Shown piece by piece: positions 22,098 to 33,214 of a stretch of DNA of 64,000 bases. The position numbers were made by a program, and so were the translations under genes. This stretch comes from an uncultured Gemmatimonadales bacterium (GTDB lineage: Bacteria; Gemmatimonadota; Gemmatimonadetes; Gemmatimonadales; Gemmatimonadaceae), in assembly GCA_963701965.1 (NCBI GenBank), contig OY969695.1, positions 4,704,001 through 4,768,000 on the forward strand. Direction: 5' to 3'. Position 1 is the first letter of the stretch. Every line of letters begins with the position of its first letter. A model generated the notes under the pieces. The model saw nothing but the letters and a program-made list of their open reading frames with translations, was not told where the DNA came from and did no database searches.

Positions 22098-23780
22098 ATG
22101 CACGTACTCACGGTCGCGATGGTGCTGGGCATGATCGTCACCAAGAACGTCGCGGTGCCCATGCGCGACGGCATCGTGCTGCGCGCCGACCTGTACCGCC
22201 CGGCATCCGGCGGCCCATTTCCGGTGATCGTCTACCGGACGCCGTACGGGAAGCGGGCGATGTCCACGGTTCGCCACGCCGTCGACCGCGGCTACGCCGT
22301 CCTGGTGCAGGACGTCCGGGGCCGCTACGCGTCGGATGGGGAGTTCGCGCCGTACGAGCAGGAGCCGCACGACGGCTACGACACCATTGAGTGGACCGCT
22401 GTCCAGCCGTGGTCCAATGGCGCGGTGGGCATGTTCGGCCTGTCGTACCCCGGCGCCGTCCAATGGCTGGCCGCGATCGAGACGCCGCCGCACCTCAAGG
22501 CCATCGTTCCGGCAATGACGTTCTCCACGCCGCAGAACTTTTTCTACGCGGGTGGCACGTGGGACATGTCGTGGATCGACTGGATCTGGAATGACATCGC
22601 GCCGGACGCGCGCGTCCGGCACCACGTGTCCGGTCCGACGACGGACCGGGAGGCGGCCGCGCAGTGGAAACAGGTCGCCCCGGTGGCCGATCACGAGTTG
22701 CCGCTCTCCGGACTCGCCGAGCTCAAGGGGATCGCGCCCTACTACTATCGCTGGTTGGCGCATCCCCCCGAGGATCCGTGGTGGGAGTGGTCCGAGCTCC
22801 GCGACAAGTATGGCCGGGTCCACGCCGCGGTCCTCAATCTCTCGGCGTGGTACGACGATAACTACGGGCCCGAAGGAGCCACCACCAACTTCGCCGGTCT
22901 CCTCGCCGCGCGGACCGGCGAGCGGGATCCGCGGACGCACTTGCTCCTCGGCCCCTGGACGCACGGGGGGCAGGAGGACACGACGTCGGGGGATCGGGCT
23001 TTCCCCAAGTCGTCGACGATCGACTACGATGATGTCGTCCTCCGTTGGCTCGACCACTACGTGCGGGGCATCGACAACGGCGTCGATCGCGAGCCGCGGG
23101 TCCGCTACTACGTCATGGGCGCCAACGCGTGGCGGACGGCGGACACATGGCCGCCGCCGGCGCGGTCGGTCACCTACTACCTGGCGACGCCGGGCGCACT
23201 GGCCACGGACACGACGACCGGCGCTGGCGAAAATTCCTACGTCTCCGATCCGGCCAACCCGGTGACGAACCCCTACGAATTTTCCGGGGCGCACGACTAC
23301 CGGGCGCTCGGCGCCCGCGCCGATGTGCTGACGTTCGAGACGCCGCCGCTGGACCGCGATGTCGAGGTCACCGGACCCATTCGGGCGGAGATCTTTCTGC
23401 GCTGCGGCTGCCGTGACACCGACGTGTGGGTGCGCCTGCTCGACGTCGCGCCCGACGGCGTCGCGTTCAACCTCATGAGTCCCGGTCTGGACGTCGAGCG
23501 CGCGAGCTACCGGGACATGGCCCGGGGCCGACAGCTGCTGGCGCCGGATAGCGTGTACGCGGTGCGCCTCGACCACCTGATCACCAGTAACCGCTTCGCG
23601 CGCGGACACCGCATCCGCGTGCAGATCTCGAGCACGTTCTTCCCGAACTTCTCGCGCAACCCGCAGACGGGCGAGTCGGAGGCTACCTCCCGCGACCTTC
23701 GGCGCGCCACAGTGACGATCGAGCACCGGCCCGGTGCCTGGTCGCGCATCACGCTCCCGATCACGACGCCTGCTGACTAG
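22098..23780 (+). CDS. CocE/NonD-family hydrolase
   Basis: VPMRDGIVLRADLYRP, RTPYGK, QDVRGRYASDG, GLSYPG, GPWTH and a PepX-type C-terminal domain. Confidence 0.92.
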   Translation: MHVLTVAMVLGMIVTKNVAVPMRDGIVLRADLYRPASGGPFPVIVYRTPYGKRAMSTVRHAVDRGYAVLVQDVRGRYASDGEFAPYEQEPHDGYDTIEWTAVQPWSNGAVGMFGLSYPGAVQWLAAIETPPHLKAIVPAMTFSTPQNFFYAGGTWDMSWIDWIWNDIAPDARVRHHVSGPTTDREAAAQWKQVAPVADHELPLSGLAELKGIAPYYYRWLAHPPEDPWWEWSELRDKYGRVHAAVLNLSAWYDDNYGPEGATTNFAGLLAARTGERDPRTHLLLGPWTHGGQEDTTSGDRAFPKSSTIDYDDVVLRWLDHYVRGIDNGVDREPRVRYYVMGANAWRTADTWPPPARSVTYYLATPGALATDTTTGAGENSYVSDPANPVTNPYEFSGAHDYRALGARADVLTFETPPLDRDVEVTGPIRAEIFLRCGCRDTDVWVRLLDVAPDGVAFNLMSPGLDVERASYRDMARGRQLLAPDSVYAVRLDHLITSNRFARGHRIRVQISSTFFPNFSRNPQTGESEATSRDLRRATVTIEHRPGAWSRITLPITTPAD

Positions 23781-23813
23781 CCGGCGCCCCTGGCCAGCTC
23801 TACTTTATAGGCC

Positions 23814-24677
23814 GTGGTGTTCCAGGACGGACTGCCCGACGCCTATACGGTAGAGCGCGAGCTGGGGCGCGGGGGCATGGCCACCGTCTACCTGGTGCGC
23901 GACGCGAAGCACCAACGTCTCGTGGCGCTCAAGGTCTTGAACGCCGATCTCGCCGCCTCCCTCGGCCCCCAGCGGTTCCGGCGCGAGATCGCCACCGCCG
24001 CCCGGCTCCAGCATCCGCACATCCTCGGCGTCTACGACTCGGGCGAGACGCCGACGGGCCAGCTCTGGTTCACGATGCCGTACGTCGAAGGCGAGTCGCG
24101 GCGCGCGGCGTACGACATGGCGCTGCGGTACGCGCCCTCCTCGGCCGAGGCGAACCAAGGGTTGACGGGCGCCGAGGCGGGAATGGGCGATTGGCCGGAC
24201 GCGTTGGAGCACGCCAAGCGCGTTCGACAACGACAGGGGCACGTGGTCGGTCATCCGTTCGGAAGCTTCGATCATCTGCGCGGCAACACCGCGCTCGCCC
24301 GGGCCCATGCCGACACGGCGATCGCGATCCTATGACGCGCAACCCGCGTCGCCCGATGATTTTCAACGCCCGTTGTTCCGCGAGCCTGATGTTGGCGCGG
24401 CTCGGACAACGGCAGGCCGGGCCGAGAGCTTGGGCGCGCACGGTCTGGCGTTGGCCCAGGCCACCGGCGACCGCATTCGGGATCATGGCGTATGCCGAGC
24501 ATCTCGCTGGAAACGCGTTTGTACGTCGGGACCGGCGACCACGCGAAGGCGCTCGACGTCCTCGATTCGCTGCTCGCTCAGCCGTATCTCATCTCGCCGT
24601 CGTGGCTGCGGGTCGATCCGACGTGGGCGCCACTCGCCAAGGAAACCCGCTTCCGGCGCATGATCGCGGCCCGCTAG
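23814..24677 (+). pseudogene. Ser/Thr kinase-TPR protein with internal deletion and frameshifts
   Basis: The kinase N-lobe (GRGGMATVY, VALKV, MPYVEGES) breaks at about 24097 into TPR-like sequence; no HRD or DFG; terminal WLRVDPTWAPL..RF motif ends at 24677. Confidence 0.78.
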
Positions 24678-24747
24678 ACGAGCGCCAGGGTGTGATCGAC
24701 CCCATACCGGCGTTGCGCGTCGCATCACATACCGCCAAGATTGGCTC

Positions 24748-24822
24748 ATGACGCGCACGATGTTCTTTAGCCGCTTCTTCGGTTTCCCCCTGGGGGGCCG
24801 AGGTCGCGGGCGCGCGCGCTGA
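24748..24822 (+). CDS. pheL: Phe-rich attenuator leader peptide MTRTMFFSRFFGFPLGGRGRGRAR
   Basis: 5 Phe in 8 codons; preceded by TTGCGC-N17-CAAGAT 6 nt before the ATG; followed by a terminator and then pheA. Confidence 0.82.
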   Translation: MTRTMFFSRFFGFPLGGRGRGRAR

Positions 24823-24851
24823 TAGACGGCGAGCACGACCACTCGATCCTC

Positions 24852-24885
24852 GAGGCCCCCGGATGTCCCGGGGGCCTCTTTTTTT
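24852..24885 (+). terminator. Intrinsic terminator (attenuator) upstream of pheA
   Basis: Perfect 11-bp stem GAGGCCCCCGG/CCGGGGGCCTC, 5-nt loop, 7 T. Confidence 0.9.
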
Positions 24886-24907
24886 CATCTCCCATCACGG
24901 TCTGATC

Positions 24908-25459
24908 ATGCGCGTTGCGTTCCAAGGAGAGCCGGGCGCTTTCGGCGAAGCGGCGATCGCCCAGGTGTGGGGCGCCCAAGCCATCGCCATGCCGGTCTAT
25001 GCGTTCGAAGACGTCGCCGACGCCGTGGCGCGGGGGCGCGCCGATGCCGGCGTGCTGCCGGTCGAGAACGTCATCGTCGGCCCGGTCGCGGCGAGCGTCG
25101 CGGTGCTGGCCGCGCGGAATGATCTCGTCGTCGTGTCGGAGACCGTTGTCCCGGTCGATTTGGCCGTGATGGCCATCCCGGGCGTGACTCTCTCCGGACT
25201 CACGCAGGTGAAAAGTCACCCGGTCGCGTTGGCCCAGTGCGCCGCCTGGTTTCGATTCCATCCCGCGGTCGCGCCCGTGTCAGTCTATGACACAGCGGGA
25301 GCGGCCCGTATGATCGCCCAGGACGCCAGCGCTCAGGCTGGCGCGATCGCCAGCGCGGCGGCCGCGGCGCGATACGGACTCACCATCCTCGACCGGAATG
25401 TCGCCGATCGCACAGACAACGCGACCCGGTTCGTCGTGGTCGTGCGCCGCGGCGTTTAG
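24908..25459 (+). CDS. pheA: Prephenate dehydratase, catalytic domain only (183 aa)
   Basis: [41 protein letters not shown]; stops before any ACT domain. Confidence 0.88.
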   Translation: MRVAFQGEPGAFGEAAIAQVWGAQAIAMPVYAFEDVADAVARGRADAGVLPVENVIVGPVAASVAVLAARNDLVVVSETVVPVDLAVMAIPGVTLSGLTQVKSHPVALAQCAAWFRFHPAVAPVSVYDTAGAARMIAQDASAQAGAIASAAAAARYGLTILDRNVADRTDNATRFVVVVRRGV

Positions 25460-27159
25460 CCCGGACGCCCGTTCGGCGTGGCCAGCACGGCGCCGTTGCT
25501 GGCGTTCGTCACGAGCGCGGTGTAGCGCGCCAACCAACCGCGCGTCACCTTGGGCGCCGGTGCGCGCCACTCGGCGCGTCGCCGCGCCAGCGCGTCAGCG
25601 CCAACGCCGAGGTCCAGCACCCGGGCCGCCAGATCGATCGTCACGCAGTCGCCATCGCGCACCAGGCCGATCGGCCCGCCTTCGGCCGCCTCCGGCGAGA
25701 CGTGGCCAATGCAGAGGCCGCGCGTGCCTCCCGAAAACCGGCCATCCGTGATCAGCGCCACGGATGCGCCGATGGGCATGCCTTTGAGCATGCTCGTGAG
25801 CGCCAGCATCTCGCGCATGCCGGGGCCGCCCCGCGGGCCCTCGTTGCGAACGATGACGACGTCACCGGAGCGAATGCGATCGTGACGGACGGCGTCGATC
25901 GCCTCCTCCTCGCTCTCGAACACGCGGGCTGGTCCCGAGAACGTCATCTCGTGTTGGTCGACGGCGCCGACTTTGACGACCGCGCCCTCGGGCGCCAGCG
26001 AGCCGAACAGCACGGCGAGCGCGCCGCGCGGCGAGTGCGGGCGGTTCACGGGGCGAATGCACTCCGGGTTGACGATCGCGGCATCGGCCACCGTCTCGCC
26101 GAGCGTCATCCCGGTCACGGACCGGGCGCTGGCATCGATGGCGCCGGGCACCTGTATGAGCTCGCGGACGATCGCCGAGATGCCACCCGCGGCGTGCACG
26201 TCCTGCATGTGCCATTGGCGAGATCCATCCCACGCCGGCGAGATCTTGGCCAGGTGTGGGACGCGGGCCGCGACGTCGTTGAAGCGGCTCACCGGGTAGT
26301 CCAGCCCGGCCTCGCGAGCCAGCGCCAGGACGTGGAGGACCGTGTTCGTCGATCCCCCCATCGCCATGTCGAGCGCCATCGCGTTGTCGATGGCGGCAGC
26401 GGTCACGATGTCCAGGAATTTCACGTCGTCGCGAACCAGGCGGAGCACTACCCGCGCGGCCCGATCCACCAGTGCCCGGCGTTCCGGTGTGGTGGCCAAT
26501 ATCGATCCGTTGCCCGGCAGCGCGATGCCCAGCGCTTCGCAGAGGCAATTCATCGAATTCGCGGTGAACATGCCCGAGCAGCTGCCGCACGTCGGGCACC
26601 CGACGCGCTCCAGCTCGTCGAGTCGGGCGTCGTCGATCGTGCCCGCGGCGCGGGCGCCGACGCCCTCGAACACGGAGATCAAGTCGACTTTCTGTCCCCG
26701 CGAGTCGACGCCGGCCGCCATCGGGCCGCCGGAGACGAACACCGTCGGGATATTGACGCGCGCCGCGCCCATGAGCATGCCGGGGACGATCTTGTCGCAG
26801 TTGGGGATGCAGATCATCCCGTCGAAACAATGGGCGCGGGCCATCGTTTCGACCGAGTCCGCGATGAGCTCGCGGGACGGGAGGGAGTAGCGCATCCCCT
26901 CATGGCCCATCACGATGCCATCGTCGACCCCGATCGTATTGAACTCGAACGGCACACCACCGGCGGCGCGCACCGACTCCTTCACCAGGCGGCCAAGCTC
27001 CTGCAAGTGGGCGTGGCCGGGGATGATATCGACATAGGAGTTGCAGACCGCGATGAACGGCTTGTCGAAGTCCCCCTGTTCACGGATCTGCCCCGTCGCC
27101 CGTAGGAGGCTCCGGTGCGGGGCACGTTCGAAACCGCGTTTGATCTGGTCGGAGTGCAT
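25456..27159 (-). CDS. ilvD: Dihydroxy-acid dehydratase
   Basis: [50 protein letters not shown]. Confidence 0.96.
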   Translation of the reverse strand: MHSDQIKRGFERAPHRSLLRATGQIREQGDFDKPFIAVCNSYVDIIPGHAHLQELGRLVKESVRAAGGVPFEFNTIGVDDGIVMGHEGMRYSLPSRELIADSVETMARAHCFDGMICIPNCDKIVPGMLMGAARVNIPTVFVSGGPMAAGVDSRGQKVDLISVFEGVGARAAGTIDDARLDELERVGCPTCGSCSGMFTANSMNCLCEALGIALPGNGSILATTPERRALVDRAARVVLRLVRDDVKFLDIVTAAAIDNAMALDMAMGGSTNTVLHVLALAREAGLDYPVSRFNDVAARVPHLAKISPAWDGSRQWHMQDVHAAGGISAIVRELIQVPGAIDASARSVTGMTLGETVADAAIVNPECIRPVNRPHSPRGALAVLFGSLAPEGAVVKVGAVDQHEMTFSGPARVFESEEEAIDAVRHDRIRSGDVVIVRNEGPRGGPGMREMLALTSMLKGMPIGASVALITDGRFSGGTRGLCIGHVSPEAAEGGPIGLVRDGDCVTIDLAARVLDLGVGADALARRRAEWRAPAPKVTRGWLARYTALVTNASNGAVLATPNGRPG

Positions 27160-27294
27160 GGGGGGTCGAGGACAGGGTATGTCAAGCTATTCTGAATGTG
27201 CCCAGAATGACACGTTGACGTCCCCTGCGTCACGGTGCATCGTTGCTACGCGTGTTTTTGATGACATCGCTCGATTCTTACACTCTTTGGCGCC

Positions 27295-29826
27295 ATGATC
27301 GATTCGCGTTTGTCCTTGCTCGTGCTGGCGCTGGGCGCGTGCACGCCGGTGGCACCGGCCCCGGCGACCACACCGAGCCCCGTCCGTCTCGCCGGCGACA
27401 GTGCCAAGGGTGACTCCGCCGGCGCCGCCAAACCGTACTCGAAGGTCATCACGGCCAAGGCGGTGACCCAGCGCGGCCTCGTGATCAGCCATCGGATCGG
27501 GGAGAAATTGTACTTCGAGGTGCCGACCCGCGTCCTGGGCGCCGACCTCTTGCTGGTGGGAAGCCTGGCCCGCGCCAGCGCCGGGCAGGAGAGGCAATAC
27601 GGCGGCGACTGGCTCAACCGGCGGGTTATCCGCTGGGAGGAGCGGGACCGTCGCGTGCTCCTGCGCAGCGTGTCGTACGAGGTAGTCGCCGATACGTCGC
27701 TGCCGATCGCCCGGGCGGTCGCGCAATCGGAATACGGCGCGGTGCTCGCCTCCTTTCCCATTGAAACGTTCGGTCCGGACAGCGCCCCGGTCATCGACGT
27801 GACCCGACTCTATACGACCGGCATCCCGGAGATGGCGGCGTTCAAGGAGGGGCTCGATGAGAAGCGCTCGTTCATCGAGCGCGTGTCGGCGTTCCCCGAC
27901 AACGTGGAGGTCGAGGCGACGCAGACGGCCGACGGCAAGGACCACGGTCCGGCGTCGAGCGTGTTGGCGCACTGGAGCATGGTGCGCCTTCCGGTCGTCC
28001 CCATGACCGCGAGGCGCGCCGATCCCCGGGTCGGTTTCTTTCTGACCGAGCAGATCGACTACGGGACGACCGAGCCGCGTGCGGCGAAGCGCCAGTACAT
28101 CGGCCGCTGGCGCCTCACCAAGAAGGATCCCGCGGCGGCGGTATCGGAGCCGGTCGCGCCCATTGTCTACTACATCGATCCCACGACGCCGACCCAGTGG
28201 GTGCCCTGGATCAAGAAAGGCATCGAGGACTGGCAGCCGGTATTCGAGGCCGCGGGTTTCTCCCATGCCATCGTGGCGAAGGACGCGCCCGTAGGAGATC
28301 CGTCATGGTCGCCCGACAATGTCCGGCACACGGTGATCCGCTGGTTGCCGTCGACGACGGAAAACGCGTACGGCCCGCAGATCGTCGATCCGCGCACGGG
28401 CGAGGTGCTCAATGGCTCCGTCCGGGTCTATCACAACGTCCTCAATCTCGTCCGCGACTGGTACATCACGCAGGTCGGTGTGCTCGACCCCAGAGTCAAG
28501 ACGTTGCCACTGCCCGACTCGCTGATGGGCCGCTTGCTGGAATACGTGATTGCGCACGAGGTGGGGCACACGCTGGGGCTCCGGCACAACATGCAGGCCA
28601 GCAGCGAGTACCCGGCCGACAGCGTGCGCAGTCGGACGTGGATCCACCGGATGGGTTTCTGCGCCTCGGTCATGGACTACTGTCGATTCGACTATGTCGC
28701 CCAACCCGAGGACTCGATTCCGGTCGGCGATCTCATCCCCCGCATCGCGCCGTACGACTACTTCGCGATCCACTGGGGATATGCGCCGATCGACGTGGAG
28801 ACTTCCACCGCGCCGGGATCGGGCGGGGCGGGCGCCCGGCCGCTCATGCACGTGCGCGCGACTGATGCCGAACGACCCGTGCTCGACGCGTGGGCGCGGG
28901 CGCAGGACAGCGTGCCGTGGTTCCGCTATGAAGGGGACGAGGGTAACGCCGGCCCCGATCCGGGTGTCCAGAGCGAAGCCGTTGGTGATGCCGATGCGGT
29001 GAAATCCACGACCGCGGGCTTCGCCAATATCGCGCGCACCGTCCCGCGGCTCATGACGCTGGCGGTGCGGCCGGGTGAGCCGGACGACGATCTCAAGGAT
29101 CTGTTCGATCGCCTGATCGGGCAGTGGCAGCTCGAAGTCCGTCAGGTGGTCAAGGTCGTCGGCGGGGAATACGGCCGGGAGAAATCCGGCAGCCAAACCG
29201 GACCCCGGTTCACGCCGGTGCCCGCGGACCGGCAGCGCGCGGCCGTGCGCTTTCTGGTGACGCATGCCTTCGCCACGCCCACGTATTTCCTGGACCCGGC
29301 GCTCCTGGCGCGACTCGGCGCCGATGTGGGCGATAGCGCGCTGGCGCGCGTCAAGCAGGCGCAGAGCGGTGTCGTGCAGTCTCTGCTCCGTGCCGACCGT
29401 CTCGAACGGCTCGCCGACGAGCGGGCGATGGTCGGCCGCGGCGGTGATGCCTACGATCCGGCGGAGCTCATGTCGGACGTGCGCGTCGCGCTCTGGTCGG
29501 AACTCACCGGGGGAAGCGTCAAGATCGACGCGTTCCGCCGGAGTCTGCAGCGGGCGCACTTGGTGGCCCTCGATGCCTTGGTGAACCCGATCAACCCCAC
29601 GAGCGGGAAGCCGGACGACAAGTCGCCCGTTCCCACCGTCGATCGGACCGGCGCGCCGCGCGCCGGTGAAGGCGATGCACGGGCGCTGGCGCGCAGTGAG
29701 TTGGCGGCGATCCGCGACGCCGCGCGTCGCGCGCTGCCGCGCGCGGGCGATGCCGTCACCCGGGCACATCTCACCGAGACGATCGCCGAGGTCACGCGAT
29801 CGCTCGAGCCCGCGCCAGCGGCTTGA
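27295..29826 (+). CDS. Zinc-dependent metalloprotease lipoprotein (DUF5117/DUF4953-type)
   Basis: Lipobox LGAC, DPRVGFF, DPRTGEVL, HEVGHTLGLRHN, SVMDY Met-turn. Confidence 0.9.
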   Translation: MIDSRLSLLVLALGACTPVAPAPATTPSPVRLAGDSAKGDSAGAAKPYSKVITAKAVTQRGLVISHRIGEKLYFEVPTRVLGADLLLVGSLARASAGQERQYGGDWLNRRVIRWEERDRRVLLRSVSYEVVADTSLPIARAVAQSEYGAVLASFPIETFGPDSAPVIDVTRLYTTGIPEMAAFKEGLDEKRSFIERVSAFPDNVEVEATQTADGKDHGPASSVLAHWSMVRLPVVPMTARRADPRVGFFLTEQIDYGTTEPRAAKRQYIGRWRLTKKDPAAAVSEPVAPIVYYIDPTTPTQWVPWIKKGIEDWQPVFEAAGFSHAIVAKDAPVGDPSWSPDNVRHTVIRWLPSTTENAYGPQIVDPRTGEVLNGSVRVYHNVLNLVRDWYITQVGVLDPRVKTLPLPDSLMGRLLEYVIAHEVGHTLGLRHNMQASSEYPADSVRSRTWIHRMGFCASVMDYCRFDYVAQPEDSIPVGDLIPRIAPYDYFAIHWGYAPIDVETSTAPGSGGAGARPLMHVRATDAERPVLDAWARAQDSVPWFRYEGDEGNAGPDPGVQSEAVGDADAVKSTTAGFANIARTVPRLMTLAVRPGEPDDDLKDLFDRLIGQWQLEVRQVVKVVGGEYGREKSGSQTGPRFTPVPADRQRAAVRFLVTHAFATPTYFLDPALLARLGADVGDSALARVKQAQSGVVQSLLRADRLERLADERAMVGRGGDAYDPAELMSDVRVALWSELTGGSVKIDAFRRSLQRAHLVALDALVNPINPTSGKPDDKSPVPTVDRTGAPRAGEGDARALARSELAAIRDAARRALPRAGDAVTRAHLTETIAEVTRSLEPAPAA

Positions 29827-29851
29827 CATGCTCATCTCAGTGCTATAGGAT
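29823..29851 (+). promoter_or_regulatory. Sigma70-type promoter for the leader-susC-susD unit
   Basis: TTGACA (29823-29828), N17, TAGGAT (29846-29851). Confidence 0.7.
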
Positions 29852-29862
29852 TGCCGCTCACC

Positions 29863-29958
29863 ATGACGCCATCCATGTCCATGTGTTGTCGCGCCCTCTG
29901 TATCCGCTCCATCGGGAGTGGGAACAGTGGCTGCGCGTCATCCGGTGGACTTGGATGA
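29863..29958 (+). CDS. Cys/Met-rich leader peptide MTPSMSMCCRALCIRSIGSGNSGCASSGGLG
   Basis: 31-aa ORF just after the promoter with 4 Cys (3 encoded by TGT) and 3 Met; overlaps alternative hairpins. Confidence 0.7.
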   Translation: MTPSMSMCCRALCIRSIGSGNSGCASSGGLG

Positions 29959-30009
29959 TCGCGTAACATGCGATAGGTCGCGATAGGCCGCGACGCGTCT
30001 CGCGCCACT

Positions 30010-30041
30010 GAGCCCGCTCTCTCCGGAGAGCGGGCTCTTTT
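30010..30041 (+). terminator. Intrinsic terminator (attenuator) in the susC leader
   Basis: Perfect 12-bp stem GAGCCCGCTCTC/GAGAGCGGGCTC, TCCG loop, then TTTTGCGTTT. Confidence 0.88.
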
Positions 30042-30081
30042 GCGTTTATCCCTCATTGCCTTGACTGGAGAATCTGGTTCA

Positions 30082-33000
30082 ATGCCCAGAGTCGTTCGTG
30101 TAGTCATCATCGTTGCGCTCATGCTGGTTGGCCACGAGGCGCGCGCCCAGCCATCGACCCGACGCATCGTGGGACGCGTCGTCCAGGGCGGCGATCGTCC
30201 CGTCGTGTCGGCGATCATCGCCATCGGCGATCGCACCGCGGGCATCGCGGTCGACGGTGCGGGGCGATTCACGATCCACGCGCCGAATGGCCCAGTGGTG
30301 TTGACCGTGCGCGCCATCGGATTCACACCGCGCACGGTGCCCGTCGCCGCTGGCGATTCGGTTCTCACGGTGGAGCTCACCACGCAGCCCTACACACTGG
30401 GCGAGATCGTGGTCTCGGGGAAGACATCGTCCCTCTCCCGCTCGACGGCGACGACGGCCGGATCGACGGTCAGCGCCGAGGAGATCGACCGGGCACCCGC
30501 CCAGTCACTGGAGCAGGCGCTCCAAGGCAAGGTCCTCGGCGCCACGATCAGCATGAACAGCGGAGCCCCGGGCGGCGGCGGACAGATTCAGATCCGGGGC
30601 GCGACGTCGATCCTGGGCAATGGGCAGCCGCTCGTGGTGGTCGATGGGACGATCATCTCGAACAATGCCTTCTCCTCCGGCGCCAACGGCGTGACCAAGG
30701 CGTCGCGGGGCATCGGGACGAACGGGACCAACGAGGACAACCCCGACGGCCGATTGGCGGACATCAATCCCGCCGAGATCGAGAGCATCGAGATCGTCAA
30801 GGATGCGGCGGCGACCGCGATCTACGGTTCGCGGGCTTCCAACGGCGTCGTCGTGATCCGCACGAAACGGGGGAGCGCGGGAAAGACCACGATCAACCTG
30901 AGTCAGCGGGTCGGAGTCAACACGCCACTCAAGGAACTGGGCTATCGGACGTTCGACAGCGTGGCGCAGGTCATCGCGATCCCGTTCGGCGAGGCCAACA
31001 ATGCCGCGGCCATCGCCTATCTCGACCAACGCTTCCCGCATGGAGTGATCCCCCGCTCGGCCAACGTCGATCTCGAGAAATCGTTCTTCGACAACCGCGA
31101 TCCGAGCTACGCCACCATCGTGAGCGCGAGCGGCGGGACCAACCAGACGAAATGGTACGCCTCGGGGACCAACCGCCTGGAAGCCGGTATCGCGCCCAAC
31201 ACGGACGCGCGTCTGCAATCGGCGCGGCTCAATCTCGACCAGGCATTCGGCAATCAGATGGAACGCGTCCTTGAGCGTCGACGTGCTGCGGAACACCAAC
31301 AACCGGGGCCTGGCCAACAACGACAACACGTTCACGAGTCCCGTGTACGCATTCGCCTATACGCCGGCGGTGTTCGACCTGCGGCAACGCGCCGCCGACG
31401 GGAGCTACATCCAGAATCCGATCTTTGGTGGCGGATCGGCGGCGTCGAATCCGTTCCAGACGTACCAGTATCTCAAGCTCACCGAGGACGTGACGCGAGG
31501 GCTGGGCAGCGCGACGTTGAGCTATACGGCGGTCGATGCCGGGGCAAACCGGGTGGTGCTGGCGGCGCTCGGCGGATTCGACCGCTACACGCAGTCCGGC
31601 GTGCTCGTGTCACCTGGCTTCCTGCAGTATGAAGGCGCGGACGGATTTTTCGGACGCAATGAGCAGACGACGGTCGAGGGACTGAATCAGAATGTTCAGG
31701 GCACCGTCACCTGGACGGTGACCCCCGTGCGCGCCCTCACGTTCGCCACCGCGCTGGGCGCCAGTGCCGAAAAGCAGTCGACGAACCAGTACGCGCTGCT
31801 GGGGAAGGGAACGCTGCCCGGCACCGCGACCGCCGCCCAGGGCAATCTCACCGACTTTCAGGCGATCACGGCTTTCGACGACCAGGCGCTCTTCGCCAGC
31901 GAACAGGTCACCGCGCTGGGCGAGCGGCTGGTGCTCAACGGCGGTGTCCGCGCCGATCGATCGAGCGCCAATGGCGACCCTGGACGCTACTACGTGTATC
32001 CCCGTGTGTCGGGCGCGTACCGGTTCCTCAACCTGTTGCCCGGTGTCGAGGAGATCAAAGTGCGCGGCGGTTGGGGCGAAACTGGAAATCGGCCCCCGTA
32101 CGGCGCGCGCGATCAGGTGCTGTCCACGGGTCCGATCATCGGCGGCCTGACGAGCACGGTCGCCAACCTGAACGTCGGCGATCCCGCCATCACGCCGGAA
32201 ATACTGACCGAGATCGAGGGCGGCGCCGATGTGACGGGTCTCGGCGGACGTTTGCACCTGGAAGCGACGGGATACCAACGGACGATCACCAACCTCCTCC
32301 TGCAGCCCACCCTGGCGCCGACCAGCGGCTTCACGAGCGCCTTCATCAATGGCGGAGAGCTGCAAACGCGGGGCATCGAGGTCGGGGTGACGGGTACACC
32401 CGTGCGGGCGCGCGACTGGTCGATAGACGCGGGCGTGAGCTTCGAGCGGAATCGGGAGCACACCGTAAGTCTTCCGGCCTCGGTGGCGCCGTTTGCCGCG
32501 CCGAATAATTTCGGCGCGTCGTTCGGCACGAACCGGATTCAGGGTGGAACGCTCACCACCGCTATCTGGGGCAACGTGCCCGTCGATGCCGCGGGGCGCG
32601 TCCTCCCGGTCGGGAGCTATGTCACGCGACCCGGTCTGGTCGCCGCGACGAAAGACACGATCATCGGCGACGCGAACCCCAGGTACACCGTGGCATTCAA
32701 CAACACGGTCCATTGGCGGGCGTTCGATCTCGCGTTCACGCTGGACTGGCGGAACGGCGGTGATGTCGCCAACACGACCATGAAGTTGTACGACGAGGGA
32801 GGCACCAGCCGGGATTGGACGACGCCAGTGACGGTGGGCGATCGCCCCGCTGGCCTGCCCGCGGGCGATGTGGGACTCATCCCGTCGGGCTCGCAGGGCC
32901 TCGGCAACTTTCGCTACCTGGCGTGGCACGGCGGGTCCGACGCGCGTCTCTATCTCCAGGATGGCACGAACGTGCGGGTGCGGGATATCCGCCTGAGTTA

Positions 33001-33214
33001 CAGTGCGCCTGCGGCCGTCGCTCGAGCGATCAAGACGTCGTCCCTTCGCTTCTCGCTCGAGGCCCGGAATCCGTTCCTGTGGACGCACTATTGGAGCTAC
33101 GACCCGGAGTTCAACAACTTCGGCGATCAGAATCTCAACCGGTTCATCGATACGGCGCCGTTCCCGGCCGTCCGTTCGTTCACCTTCCAGATCGATCTGG
33201 GACTCTCGTCATGA
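30082..33214 (+). CDS. SusC/RagA-family TonB-dependent transporter (frameshift at about 31255)
   Basis: Signal peptide, SGAPGGG..IRGATSI..QPLVVVDG, DINPAEIESIEIVKDAAATAIYGSRASNGVVVI; the barrel continues in ORF 31271-33214 (IIGDANP, YDPE). Confidence 0.9.

Noticed and set aside
29914..30010. Cobalamin riboswitch before the TonB-dependent transporter (GGGAA and GCCACTG are present)
   Set aside because: The other core elements (GGTG..AAnTCC, CCCGCAACTGT, GGGAAG after GCCACTG) are missing, and both motifs are explained by the 2:3 antiterminator pairing. An Rfam scan would settle it.
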